Positions 13,424 to 26,221 of a stretch of DNA of 64,000 nucleotides are shown here, one piece after another. This DNA is from Xylographa opegraphella (Eukaryota): assembly GCA_022813865.1 (NCBI GenBank), contig JALDZX010000011.1, positions 186,001 to 250,000 of the forward strand, written 5' to 3'. Numbering within the stretch: position 1 is the stretch's first letter; each line of letters starts with the position of its first letter. The notes under the pieces are model-generated. The model saw nothing but the letters and a program-made list of their open reading frames with translations, had not been told where the DNA came from and searched no databases. The position numbers and the translations under genes were made by a program.

Positions 13424-15070
13424 ATGTCTATTAATACCGCCAACATGCTGAGTGCTACGAACCTCGCAGAGTTGATGACCTCCAGCTTTCCCAAGGAGCC
13501 CAACTCCCAACTCAGCAACCCTTACGACGCCATAGCGCTCCTTGTGCATGCATGCATGCTGGCCGTTGGCTTTCGGCTCATAGGGTTAGGTGAGGATCAC
13601 AAAATAGGTCAGCAGCTCTGTTTCTTGCATCTTCCCCTGATTCAATACTGATATCTCCCCAGAAGCTTCCTCCGAAGCCTCAGACGCCCAGCCGCTTCCA
13701 GCAGAGTGGAACGCCACGACCTCCTTCAATTATGCTTTCCGCTACGCACATTCTCAATCTTCTCTCGAGTATCTCATCAAGATAAGCCGGCTAGGCTCGA
13801 AAGCTGTGGTTAACGGCCTCGGCATCGGTGATGACAAAGTCCACTCCTTCGACGTCCGGGTGAAGGACTATCTTTCGGAGTCCACACTCCCCTTCACCCT
13901 TCCCGCCGATATTCCCTCCGGCGACTCCCACACCGAACCTCCCTCTTCTTATTCTCAGGTCCCCGCCCTCCTCCAAAATCTCTTCATCTCCACAGGCCGT
14001 ATCACCGATTTGGCCTCCCTTCTCAAAATCAACATCATTCAAAAGCTTGCCCCCGGCTTGCGCAAGGAAGGGTATGAGGATTCTGCGCACGCCGTTGGCA
14101 ACTCCACATCTTCACAACCCCACCGGCAGCCAGCGTCCGGTCGAGAACCTGAAGGACCAAACCACAATCCCTTACGCGACGATCGACTACCACCGCATGC
14201 ACAGCCACGCCCTTATAACGACCCTCTGGCAGCAGGCCCGCGAAGACCATTCCCTGCCGGCGACTTCCCACCTCCCGACTTCGAGGATGAGTACGAGATC
14301 AATAGACCAGGCAGAGGTGGAGGTATAGGGGGGCGGCGGCCACTGAATATCGGCGAGAGGGATCTTTACCCGCCTGGACTCGGGCCTCATGATCCATTGC
14401 GGATGCCTGTGTATGGCGGAGGTGGAGGTGGCGGTATGCACCCAACGTTCGATGATCCGATGTTTGGCGGGGACGGTGGAGCGGGTATGGGGTATGATCC
14501 TAGGTAAGCATCTTTTCATGTCGTCAATTGCACTCTTCGTCACGAAATGATCAAATCAGGGGCTTAGGATTGAGTAATTTCTATCCACACCTATATGATA
14601 TCGCTGTTGTGTGGTTCTTTATCTCCACTTTGTCCTGTTCTCTATTTTCCCTTTAGATTCCACACTATCCTACTCGCAACCCGATCTCTTTCGCTCTATG
14701 GTTCATCCGAAAATTATTCCTCTAGTTATCTTTTTCTTGAGTTGTTATTTCAGATCCAGTACCAAGCTTCCCTCTCTTCTTCACTGTTCCCTCTTCACTG
14801 TTCCCTCTCCACTGTTCCCTCTCCACCGTTCCCTCTTCACCGTTCCCTCTCCTTCGTTCCCCCAACTCAAGCAGCCAAAGCTAAATACCTTACTCCAGAG
14901 GCCCTCCCGGCGCACGCTACGACCCCACCGGCCCTGGCGACGGTCCCCCGAACCTCCGCGGTGGACCTCGCTTCCCCGGCGGCGGAGGCTTCGGGCCAAG
15001 CGGCATGGGCGGCGGTGGACTCGGAGGCGGAAACCCATTCGGAGGCTTTGGCGGCGGAGACTTCATTTAG
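13424..15070 (+). CDS. Proteasome regulator PI31 (PSMF1/Fub1 family)
   Basis: Exons 13424-13607, 13663-14503, 14899-15070. FP domain DAIALLVHACMLAVGFRL, Pro-rich IGERDLYPPG, GMHPTFDDP, PPGARYDP, C-terminal GGGDFI*. Confidence 0.9.
14782..14851 (+). repeat. 14-bp pyrimidine-rich minisatellite x5 in the last PI31 intron
   Basis: Five consecutive CACYGTTCCCTCTY units. Confidence 0.92.
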
Positions 15071-18000
15071 GGGGCACGAGAGTAAACTGGCGCGCGGGTT
15101 TAAGGTAGTAAGAAAATGACGAGCACTTAGGATACGAAGATAGCTCTACAGAACAAGGCACTCTATATATGGGATTCCTGACGTCGGTGAATCTTTCTCA
15201 CCATTGACCCCGCCCCCCTTCTTCCCCACCATCAACCTCTCCGGAAACACACAGCAACCGGCAATATCATCCACGTCTGGCAAAGCACCACAGCGACCAA
15301 TAAATACCGCCAACCAGCTTCTACAAACACTCCTCCTTCCCCCGCAACACTTGTCCTGCCATAGCTATGCACCCTGCTCGCTTCTCGAGGAAGAGGGAAC
15401 GGGCGGTATACAAGACGTGATCCTTCCTCGCCAGCGAATCCTCCCTCTCACCCACCTTCCCTCTCCGCGCAACTGTCGTGACGCGCAGCACTCCGGCTAT
15501 CGCTCAACTTCCTCCCGCCCATCTCCAAGACGCCATCTCCCCGCCCCCTTCCGCGTGACCTCACCGTCCCCGTCTCTAGCAAAGCCCTCTTCCCGTCTCT
15601 CGCCATCTCCAGCTCCCCGCTCCCCCCCGCCCCCCCCACCCATCAAACCCAGCTCCCCCATCGAGCCACCCCACTCACCCGCTACGCGGATCGCTCACAA
15701 TCCAACAATCGAGTGCGAAACGCGTGGTATATGGAGACGTCCTCCCTCCTCCCGCCCTCCTCCCCCACTATGCCGTTGCCGTCTTACCTTAAACTTCTGA
15801 CTTCACACTCTGCCTCCGCTCTCCTGACCTTCCGTTCCTGTGCAGCCTCTATAAGCCCTCTCCCGTCCCGCTTCCTGTGCAGCATCTACAAAAACCCCCA
15901 TCCCAAACGCAAAACACAAAGCCCGCCAGCAAAGCCTCTAGGCTAGAAGATACCCCCCCGTCCCCCTCTCCCCCTTCTTCCCCCTTCCCCAATCGAAGCT
16001 TCCACTCGCCTCCACTACACGATCCAGGCCACAGGTTTCTTTCTCTCCGAATTTCTCTCCGAGAGGACTTACTTATCCGCTGGGTGTTTGGGAAACTGGG
16101 CCATACGGTAAAGCTTCGGTGGGCGGAGGTAGTCGGTCTAGGGCTACACGAACGAACGAACGAATGAACGACGGGGGTGTGGGCAAAGGGGCGCCGGATT
16201 CTCCGTTTCCCCCCTGCCGGTACACTCTCCTCTTACGAGGCGGTCGTGCTGAGGGACTTTTGCATGATACTTCCAGGGGCTGGTGGGGGGGTCTGGAGTC
16301 TCAGAGGGGAAGGGTGGAGATGCTTCTGGGCGGTGTGACTGTCTCTCGTCTGGAGATATTCCACGCCAACCGGTTTCAAAGTCTGATCTTGATCGCTGGG
16401 ACTCGGTCCGACGGGCCTTTGGCAATGGGCTAAGCTGGTAGGACCTACAAGGTACAGACGAGGGGAGATGGTGGTAGAAATCAGGAGACTAGCGTGTCAC
16501 ATATGTGTTTACACACAATAGCATAAGTTCAGTGCACATTTGTGATGTTGGTAGAGACGAATCGCGGGACATAAGGGTAGAGTTCAGGTCATATCAGACT
16601 TAGTCTCAAACGCCGACAGTAGAGTTCCAAAAGTTCGTCGTTATACCTTGCAAGGCACGTAATGTGGATACTGAGTCGTGCAGACAATCCTGGCTTGAAT
16701 GCTAGGGTATTCACGTGTCCTGGTCGTTTGGACTCATCGGCGAGTAGTAGGATGCTGAGACAGAAGTATGGTTCCTCTGTTGCCTATCAACACTGCCCGC
16801 ATGCCATGGATATTATGCAGGGGACTGGATGTATTAACCAGATGCAGGTACTTCCGCCTGACCTGTGGCACAGATCAAGAGCGAATGACTCGACGAATGG
16901 ATACATTAGGACTGTGGGTCGATACATAGTGATCGGTGATAAGCAGCAGGCTGGTTGTACTCCCCATACCCAATGAGATGATTCCTGAAAAATGGTCGGC
17001 CATGCCTGTCGACAAGACAGATAAGCAGGTACAAGGAAGTAGCTAGTTGCCATGGATTCGCGGTCAGGTCGCTGAAGATTAAGTTGCAGAGTTAACTAGG
17101 TTGATAAGTCCAATAAGCCAGCTAATCAAGTAACCAGAAAAAATCGTTGGCACAGACCATACCTCGTGATGGCTGAAGGTGATTGACGATAAGGACTCGT
17201 CACTCAAGTTTGCAACGATAAAGGTTTGGGAGGGTTACATGCGTGTGTAAGACAGAAGTGCACGGCAAATAAATTGTGACCACGGTGAATTGGGTTAGCG
17301 TTGTGTAGGTTGAGCTGAGATGTTGTTCGTAATACCAATATGGTGTAACCTCCTGTAAAGGGGTATACCAATCCATTTCCAGAATGGAGCGGTTCGAACG
17401 AGCAATCATGTTAGCGTCCTCGGAGACAGAAGTTGATTACCCTCAATATGTTGAGGTCTCGGCCAAGATCACCAATGAAGTGATGCCTTAAGAGGGTGGT
17501 CATGCTTCTGGATCCTCCCAACTTGGATAAGGATGTGCTGGAAGAGTCAAGGATTATGAACGCGTGAAACGTGCTGGAAGCGTTGAGAAGCTATGCATGG
17601 TGCAATAGCATGGTACTAAGATTCAGCGGCCTTGTTTCCAGGATTGAGCATATGCCTCTGGGTCTGGAGCGTGCTGCGGATATGACCGCAAACCAGGGTC
17701 CAAGATTGAGTTACCAGACGTGCTGGCCACGAGGTAGCGTGCTAGAGAACGGCACGATACCCGGAACGCACAGGCTAGACCAAAGGCTTACCAGATAAAG
17801 TGAGACGAAGCCCAAGCATGGAAATCGGATTGACAAGGGGAGCGGATGAAATCACACCGGCATCGAGCCAATGAAATATGATATAGTGATGCGCGGAGAA
17901 GGCATAATGAGCTTGTTGGGCGGAACGGCACACAACGCCACCAATGCAGTATGAAGACTAAATACAATACCAAAGCATGTCCAGACCCGGTACCCACGGA

Positions 18001-18728
18001 AGAGTGGCTTAGACACGGGAGTATTTTAGAGTCAAGTGCACACTTCTTGCCGTGGGGCGTTCGAAGGACAAATGCACTAGCAAAGCGCGAGGAAAAGAAA
18101 TGACCAGGAAATGCAATGAGAAGAGAGAAAGGCAGACGAATGAGCTATGGTGCGACTGGAGTCTGCAGCTCGAGCGTTGCTATGCAGAACTATCAGTGCT
18201 GGGTTCGACATGTCGGAATGCTTTGGAAGCGTCAGGCAGGCCTTGCTTAGGTATGTGAATCGCTAGTCAGGTATGGTTTTTCTGCAAACGATCTACCTTA
18301 GTTGGGCGATTTGCTGCGAGACGTGCATTGGCAGCATCGTCGATTGCGGGATTCGATGATTGTAGACGTGACCTTGGGTCTGGTGATTGATGGAGCTGCA
18401 GAATAATGCTGGGCGTGCATGCTACAGTATGGGGTATCAAACCATCCAGCCTCTACAGACCGATCTTTCTTGCCTAGAGTAGACAGAAGCACAGGATTGT
18501 GTCTTGCGGGTCATTAACTCCGCAACTCCGTTCATACAGTCATTGCTGGCGCCATACCCCAAGGCTGTATTGCGCTGCTCTGACATTTGGCAAGACAATC
18601 TCCGGTACTGCGTTGATAGGGGCAATCAAGAACGAGGTTGGATTGGTGTTTGGTGATCCCACACATCGGCCTCAAGAGCCGAGTATTGGTCAGGAACGCC
18701 AATAATTAGGGCGGAAAATTAAAAAAAA

Positions 18729-18744
18729 TGTGTGTGTGTGTGTG
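18729..18744. repeat. (TG)n microsatellite after an A tract
   Basis: aaaaaaaatgtgtgtgtgtgtgtgg. Confidence 0.85.
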
Positions 18745-21700
18745 GACGGCATCCAGGGCAGCAAGGACGTCCTATCAAGATGAAACTTGGCAGGCGTGGG
18801 TGTGAGGATGGATGTGAGGGTGGAAGGAGAAGGAATGGCGGGAGGTTGAGGTGTGGGAGGGCGGGGTTACATCGGTGTGCGTGGTGATCCTCATGCGCAT
18901 TCAGGCCGGGGCTTCGGGACAGCGGAGATGGTCTGGGATAGAAGAATGTTAGCCAGCCTCTGCCCTGGTCTTTCATTCGAGAATCACTCCTGCTTCCAGT
19001 CATTGATGATGTGTCCAGTGCGAGTGAACCATGGGAAGAAGAGGGAAATATTTCAGATGCTGCAGCGGAGAGGGTGTGGTGAAGCGAGGTGTGGAAGAGG
19101 AGTGGTGGTGTGACTGCGTGCGGGAGAAAAGGGCCGGGGGTGCAGCCGTTGAAGTCCACGTGGCTCTTCGATCTGCATCTCACGTCACACTGCACGAAGA
19201 TAACATACCATACCATACCGTACCATACCCGTGTACCTGACGGAATACATTACGGGGAGAGGAGGATAAGGTACACACATTACCTTGGCGTGCAAAAAGC
19301 TACACCTTGTTCTCCCTCCTGTCAAAATAACAACAATGCTACATCGAACCGCTCTACTTGGCATCATGAGGTGACAGGCAAGCCAACCACATCGCTACCT
19401 TAGCATGCCCTCTCCTTCCTCTACCTTATCCTTTATCCTTTATCGTTGTAGTGCATCGTGCATGTCGATCAGCATCGGCCCTTCGAGATGCCGATCCTTC
19501 CAGCGTTTCTCCGCTAGAATGCTCGCTGTATCATCCGGTTCCTTCCACCCGCTCTCGTTGAGAGTTTCCACCGTCTCCCTCTTGACAAGTACACGTCCCG
19601 GTTAAGTGGCAGTTAGTCAATCCCGAGGGTCAGCTCTGATCGTCTGCGTTGGCCACTAAGGTAGGTGGCATGCCTCGTGGAGTCGTCCAGATCTTCCGTC
19701 CTTCCTCGTGGTGGTGGCGGAGTTGCGACGAAACACGCCCGGCGGCGTGTTTCACATCAGATGGCCTTGGTGGCTGATCTGTTGGAAGCATGAAGCTACG
19801 GTATGCGTACACTACTCGTCCTTTTGAGTCCTTGAGCCTCTAGGTGGCTGATCAATGGATCCGCTTATCCGGAGACAGAACCGGCAAAAGTACGTCTCTC
19901 ATGGCCATCGCTGCGAGGTCTTGGACCTAGTGCTAAGACGTTCATGATTCCAGTACCATGGAATATCTGGCACTCATGATGCCATGATGTCCGTCCTTCT
20001 GTATCTGGCAGCTCCTGTGGTTCGACACTTACTCCGAATAACTTAGGCTCATGAACGATGTGTGCTGGTTCAAGCACATTGCCGGCATCGCGGTCGGTGT
20101 GCTGAGGCAGCGACAGAGTGCACAGCCCCCCAAGGTCATTCATCCACTGTCTCATCCTCGGGCCAGAGATGTCACGATTTCTGAAACAGAAGCCATGTGG
20201 GACGACCCGGCCGATCATTCCACGCTGGCTCCAAGACCGCCAAGACAGCTGTACTGTGTAGGCTCGAAGTACGGAGCGTACAAGGGTCACGATGATGAAG
20301 CAGGGGTGCCGCACGTCCGGCGGGAAAACGTGCTCATCGAAAGCCTCGTCATACCCCTCCCTCCCGGAAACGCCACCAACGTACACTAAATACGGCTGGC
20401 ACCGATTGGCTCAGCCGGCTCGACTTCCTGGATCCGCCAATCACCGCGGGCCGATATCAGCAGTAGAGCATCACCGAGTCGGGAAAAGTCCGGCCGACTA
20501 AGGTCCCGTAAAGGTTATGGTATCTTGTGATTCTTTGGCAAGTTTCATGTCCGCTTTCTCTCCCCAACGGATGTAGTTTAATGCCGACCTGACCAGCGTG
20601 TCGTCGGACACCCAAATTCCCCGTTGGCCGTATTCGTCAACGCATCACACCGTCCCCGACGGTCGAGAGGCCCACCTGGACAGAAAAGCTGCCGCCTGAT
20701 GCTGCAAGACATTCTGCCACCTCGCCAGGCTCGCCAGGGAGAGACAACCATGCTTGCCGGCTAACAGGCACGTCCAGGTCAATCCCTCGAGGCTTTGAGG
20801 CATTTATCCTGATTTATCCTCATAAAGTTCACGGCACCGCACGACGCGCTTCGTGCAAGTGAATGGTAGCCTCTCTGCCGATCGAGGTTGGCTACGATCT
20901 CTAACGCTCGCCGAGGTGGATGGTCAGTGCCATTCAGGAAGATTGAATTCCACGTCTGCTCGGAACCGATGTCCGAGCGATCCTCCACCAAGGTACCTGG
21001 GTATCACGGTACTTCATGGTAGCTTACACAAGCCACCAGGACTTTCAGCTTTACCTCCAATCTCCCTTTGGCCCAATGCCAAGCTCCCGATGGTCAGAAA
21101 GCTTTATGTCACGAATTCAATATTCTGGTCCTCCTGGCATGACCAGTGTCCGCGAAGGATGGTCCTGTGTTCCAGACTCCCTGCTGTCCCAGGCGGCCAC
21201 GCACGATTGGCCGCGCTCGCGATCAAGGACCCTTCCAGAGGCTGGACAAAATTGAATTATGAAAGGCAAATTGGATGATCGCAGGCCCTACAATGCTCCT
21301 TTGGGCCACATGCGTCGCTAGCACCTTCGTGTGGGATTCCCAGGGCGGGCATGACATCATGCGGGACCAGTCATTTGCAGCTCGCGTAAGGAACGTCCCC
21401 CAATCACGGGCCAGTGAGGAAATGAGTCAGCCGTCAGCATGGACTAGGTAGGTAAGAAGTAATTCAAATCATGGAATCCGTCGAGCGCGAAAGCGATCGA
21501 GAGGACGCGAAGGCGGCGCCGGGCATCGTTCGTCCGCTCTGGAGTGAGTACGGCCGAGAGCATCGATCGCGTCCGCCGGCTGCGACGACGACATCTTGCG
21601 AGCCCGATAAGCGGGAGCGAAGGACGAAAATAACCGAGACTATTTCCTTGGACAACAATCGGTGTTGCGTCCTCAGCGTCGCTCACTCGACGGTATTTTT

Positions 21701-23343
21701 ATCATGCTGATTAGTCGCATTCAATTTCGCTATCTTCGCTGTCACTGTCGTTTTCAGCCATTGGCCTGGTTCCCTCATGTATCGGTCTGTGCCACCGACG
21801 TGATGGCACCAGCACCTGCGCGATTAATCAGAAGCATCCCGAGGCTGGCAGACGCAGTGTCGCGACACTCGGTGGTTTGTAGTAGTAACACCAGCATCTC
21901 CCATCCACCGCTGCACCTCCACGAAACTCCGCCTCCCCCTTCGGGCCCCAAACAACCGCACGCCCGCGCTGCCCGCTTTTAAGCGCCCGCCCTTCCCGGC
22001 TTGGGGTGCTCCGCTGCATGCATGCTGCATCCCTGCTGCAGCCGCAGACGGTCATTCGCAACCTGCCCCTGCACCTTCATCCCTGCGACTGCATTGCGTC
22101 AGGACCAGGATATGGCTGAGCAGGGGCTGATTTGCCCGGGGGGGGGTTTTCTTGCTTGGCGCGAGCTTGGTTCAAAAGCTCCCTGACATCATCCTAACTG
22201 GATACGGCGTTCCGACTCCAGGGTAAGGAAGGTCTTTCGCATGCTCAGCTGGACGACCTGTAGCCGAAATACTCCCACGTGCGACTGACGGGGCGGCGCG
22301 GAGATGCGATTGGCGGGAAGGGGGGGCGGGAGCGTAATCTCGAACTTGCTTGGGGAAGGCTGAGCTGGATGCATGCTGCTGCAGGCTGTATGATTCTTCG
22401 TCAGCCATACTCTCCCTCTCCCCCGTACTCTGTTGCCTGAGGGTGCTTGCCTGACGACGTCGGCAGGTGCCTTGTCTGACGCTTGGCTTTGAGCTGGCCG
22501 ACGTCCCGCCGTCTCGCAAAGCACGGGGAGCACAAAAAGAATCAGCACTGCATGCTCGTCGCCGATGGGTAGGGTTCCGAATCCTTCTCAGCTCGACCCG
22601 TGCTACGTAAGGCTCGGATCTTGTCTCCCGCTCCTCGCCAGGCAATGCACGCCTGCCCGCTTTCTCGGCCCAGGCACCCGTTGTCCCTCCCCCCGATGCC
22701 TCCCTCCATCACGGCGGCTCACAGGGCGGGAACAGTTGGCCTCCATCAACCANCCCCCCCCCAACACAACCACCCTACCTAACCCAGCAGCACAAGCAGA
22801 CCTCCCGGAACTGCAGCTTGTGCTCCCCCAGCTGGGGCACGCCCGCGAACCTCTCCGGATGCTCCGTCAGATGATGCACGCCTTCAACGGCTGGTGCATC
22901 ATCGGCTGTCTCTCGTCGCCGGCGCGCTCTCCACCTTCTCCGGATTTGCTGATTACGTGTGTGTTTCGTGGAGCTCGGAGATCTGTCTTCGGAGGGCTGA
23001 ATGCTGGTAGTATCACTTTCAATCATGATATTTTGACTTCAACACCCATGGCCGGCGATGTCTATTTCCCAATATCGAGCATGTCTCTACGACGCTCACT
23101 AACTAATGACGTACGATTTACTTCCTCCCTTTCCCTCTCTCCGCCTGCGTATGTACCACCATCCACCACAGCTGATGTACACACATCCACCCCCCACCCC
23201 GTTCACCAACCTCCCATCCCATCACCCCTCCTCAGCATCCATACCAACCCCACCCCATCCCTTCTTCACCCACCCAGCTACAACTTCTCTCCCTCCAACC
23301 CTTATTCTCCCGCCCCTCCCACCTGCGCCAGGTATCACGCCTT

Positions 23344-24115
23344 GTAGCTAGCTGTAGCTGTAGATACGGAGGGTAAGGTTGGTCAGGTAAGGTAGGCAAG
23401 GCTGGATAAAATAAGGTAGATAAGATAGGGTATCCACCTACCTACCCAGACATCCGCTCCCATCGTACAGAGATACAGAGGTACAGAGGTGCCTTACCCG
23501 CGAAGCCCCACATCTCGCAGAATAGACTCGAAAACACCGCCTGATACGACACGACACGACACGACTACGACGAGAATGTATAAGTCATCTATATCCCATC
23601 CCATCCCAACCCAACCAAACAGAACAGAACAGAACAGAACACGATAGTTATATACCCCAAGACATCAGCCAGCCAGCCAGCCAGGACCCGGTACGAGGTA
23701 AAGCTTTGCCAAGAGACAGACAACGATGGAGACACAACGACAACTAACGACAACAGCAAGAACGATTACAACAATAGTAGTAGTAGCGTTATCGCGAAAA
23801 CAACAAAAGACCACGAGCAGGGCACGAAGGCGCACAGTCCTCCATCTTTTATTTTATTTTATTCATTCACTTCCAGCTAGACTATTCTCGCGGGTCAAAG
23901 ATACCGAACACGATGGGCGTGATCATACCGAACTTTATTGAACATCGCGGTTTGGTTACATCAAAGGCAAGGTATCTTCCCATTCCCAAGTAGACTAGAC
24001 TAGACGACCTTACTCTCGACCCCATCCCATCCCATGCTCTGCCCATGCTTTGCCCAAAGTCCCATGATGATATAATATCATATCATACCCTATCCTACCC
24101 TATCCTATCCTACAC
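23344..24115. repeat. Field of mixed 4-6 nt microsatellites downstream of the C2H2 gene
   Basis: Short runs of GTAGCT, ACACG, ATCCC, ACAGA, GCCA, TAGAC and TATCC. Confidence 0.85.
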
Positions 24116-24830
24116 CGCACCCCGCCCTCGCCATGCATGTACAATACCCACACACCCAATGCCCATCAAAGCGCAGTCCGTCCGTCCCCCAAAAAAGCCC
24201 GCTCACCCAACATAGGCACCTAATCATACAGCGCAGCAACCCCCAAGCCCCACGCGCATGCCCACAAAGGCCCTCCCAAAACAAAAAAAAAAGAAATCCA
24301 AAAAAAGGTTACCGCGGGCCCGAAGCCCCAACCCCGCGCCCCTCCCGTTTTAGCCCTGGCGCAAGCGCCCCCACCCGCCCAGAGAAGAAAAGAAAATAAA
24401 CCTGAAACGTGCACAGCCTCCGCCCTGGCTTTTACCCACACACATACCCTCCCAAAAAAACAACACAAACGCACACACGACCCGATGTGCGCGGAACCGC
24501 CATGCATCGGTGCATCGGTGCATCGACTCACCCACGCTCGAGATCCCTGCGCGGGAGACATGCCACCGGCCGTGCAGTTTGCCCGACGGCTCATCGAGAG
24601 GAATCAGCAGAAAATAGAATCACGACAGGAATGCGCGATTTCGAGCTCGCGGCTCCAGTCGCATTCAGGCAGAAAGGCCACAACAACTCGCTCGCGCTGG
24701 CGAAGGATTGGCGGGAGCGCGGTGCTGACAAACACATCATTTCCGTGCATCGCAACATTCATTGGCCGAAACTCAAAATGAAAGGCATTCCTTCGTTTCG
24801 CCCGCGCCATCGGTCATCATGTCGAGACGT

Positions 24831-26221
24831 TTAGGATGCGTAAGCCGGGCTGCTGAGATGGCCCGATTGCTCGTATCCGGGCCGGGTGAAGAGTGGGAAG
24901 GTCGCGCTGCTGGTGGCGGACGTGGGCGGAGCCATGGGCGAGGATTGCGGCATGCCCGCGCTGTACGAGCGTGCCCGTGCCGGAGGGAAGCTGGGGAACG
25001 GCCATCGGGCGGCGGAGGTGGGCATCGCGGGCGCCTCGCGGATGCCAAGCTCGAAGCGTTTCGGGCAGCCGTCCTCGGTGTGGCGGCGGAGAGTGTCCCG
25101 ACGCGCGAATTTGTTGCCACAGAGGCTGCATTTGTGGTTCCGCGCTTTGAGATGGACCTGTGTGCACCACGTCAGTCGGCATGTCCTCTGCCATAGGAGA
25201 GTTAGAGGAAAGTACGTACCGAATCAAAATGTCTGTCGAGGTCGGTCTTGCGCTGGAATTTCTTGGTGCAGGGATTGTTACCCACCATCGCGGTACACGG
25301 GTGCGGATACTTGCGCTCGGGATTGTGCGTCTCGAGGTGCGATTTCCAGTTGTAGCTCCGCTTGAACAGCTTGCCGCACACCCGACATTCGTGTGTCGCT
25401 TCATCTGGCGTCGTCCGTTGGCGCTTCTTCTTGATACGAGAGAGGCTAGGAAGGATGGGCTGCACGTCAAATCGCGGAAGTCGGCCGTCGGTGCTAGCGT
25501 GGAGCTCGGTGATGTAGCCGGTCGTGTCGTTCTTGGACCACTCTGCCGGTTGCGCTCGATAGAGGTCTTCGGTTTGCGAGGCGAGAGTGTTGGGCCCGGT
25601 AGCGTACGCGAGGGGTCCTTGGGAAGATAAAGCTCGCTGCAAGACGTGCTCGTTGCCCGCTGCTGGGTACCATTCACCCGGTTCTTCGACCTTCACTCTT
25701 GGGGTGTACGCGCAATCGGAGCCGCTTTGCGAGTAGGATTCCGATGCGGCATAGGAGGAGGCGATCGAGCCTCGGTGAGACTGCAGGTTTGAGCTCGGGG
25801 GAGTTTGGCAGTAATCCAAACCCGGTGCTTCTGGGGAGTGAGCACCCACCATGCCTGTGTTCGAGGAAGAGGTAAAGCCGGAGAAAGGATCAAATGCCGC
25901 CGAGAAGATATCTGGCGGTTGCGATTGCTGTGAGTAGTCCTGCTCCATCATGGAAGGGTGCGACCAATTGGCCGCTGGGTGAGGTGATGGAGCCAGATCG
26001 CTGATGGTGGATTGAGCTGGCGGGAGCGAGCACGGGTAAAGCCCTAAGCCACGGTTCGAAGCGTGCTGAGGAGACAAGCCCTCCGAATTTGGAGATGCAG
26101 GATAGCATTGCCGTTGCTGCTGCTGCTGCTGCTGCTGCTGTGGTGCTGAAAAGGACTGCTTCGACTGTCGGTCGTATGGAGAGAGCGGAACATGCATCGT
26201 CTGGGCCATGACGTTCATCAT
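24831..26221 (-). CDS. C2H2 zinc-finger transcription factor (3 fingers, polyQ)
   Basis: Exons 26221-25220 and 25157-24831. Fingers CRVCGKLFKRSYNWKSHLETH, C...CTKKFQRKTDLDRHFDSVH, CSLCGNKFARRDTLRRHTEDGC; basic KKKRQR; CAG tract near 26115-26140. Confidence 0.9.

Noticed and set aside
15204..16433. Long Pro- or Gly-rich ORFs after PI31
   Set aside because: Products of C- and G-run low-complexity DNA; no domain.
19857..19930. WIRLSGDRTGKSTSLMAIA, resembling a NACHT/ABC Walker A
   Set aside because: One residue short of GxxxxGK[ST], closed by a stop, and no Walker B seen. BLASTx would settle it.
22172..23347. 157-260 aa ORFs in the gene-poor block
   Set aside because: No motifs, an ambiguous base and homopolymer runs.
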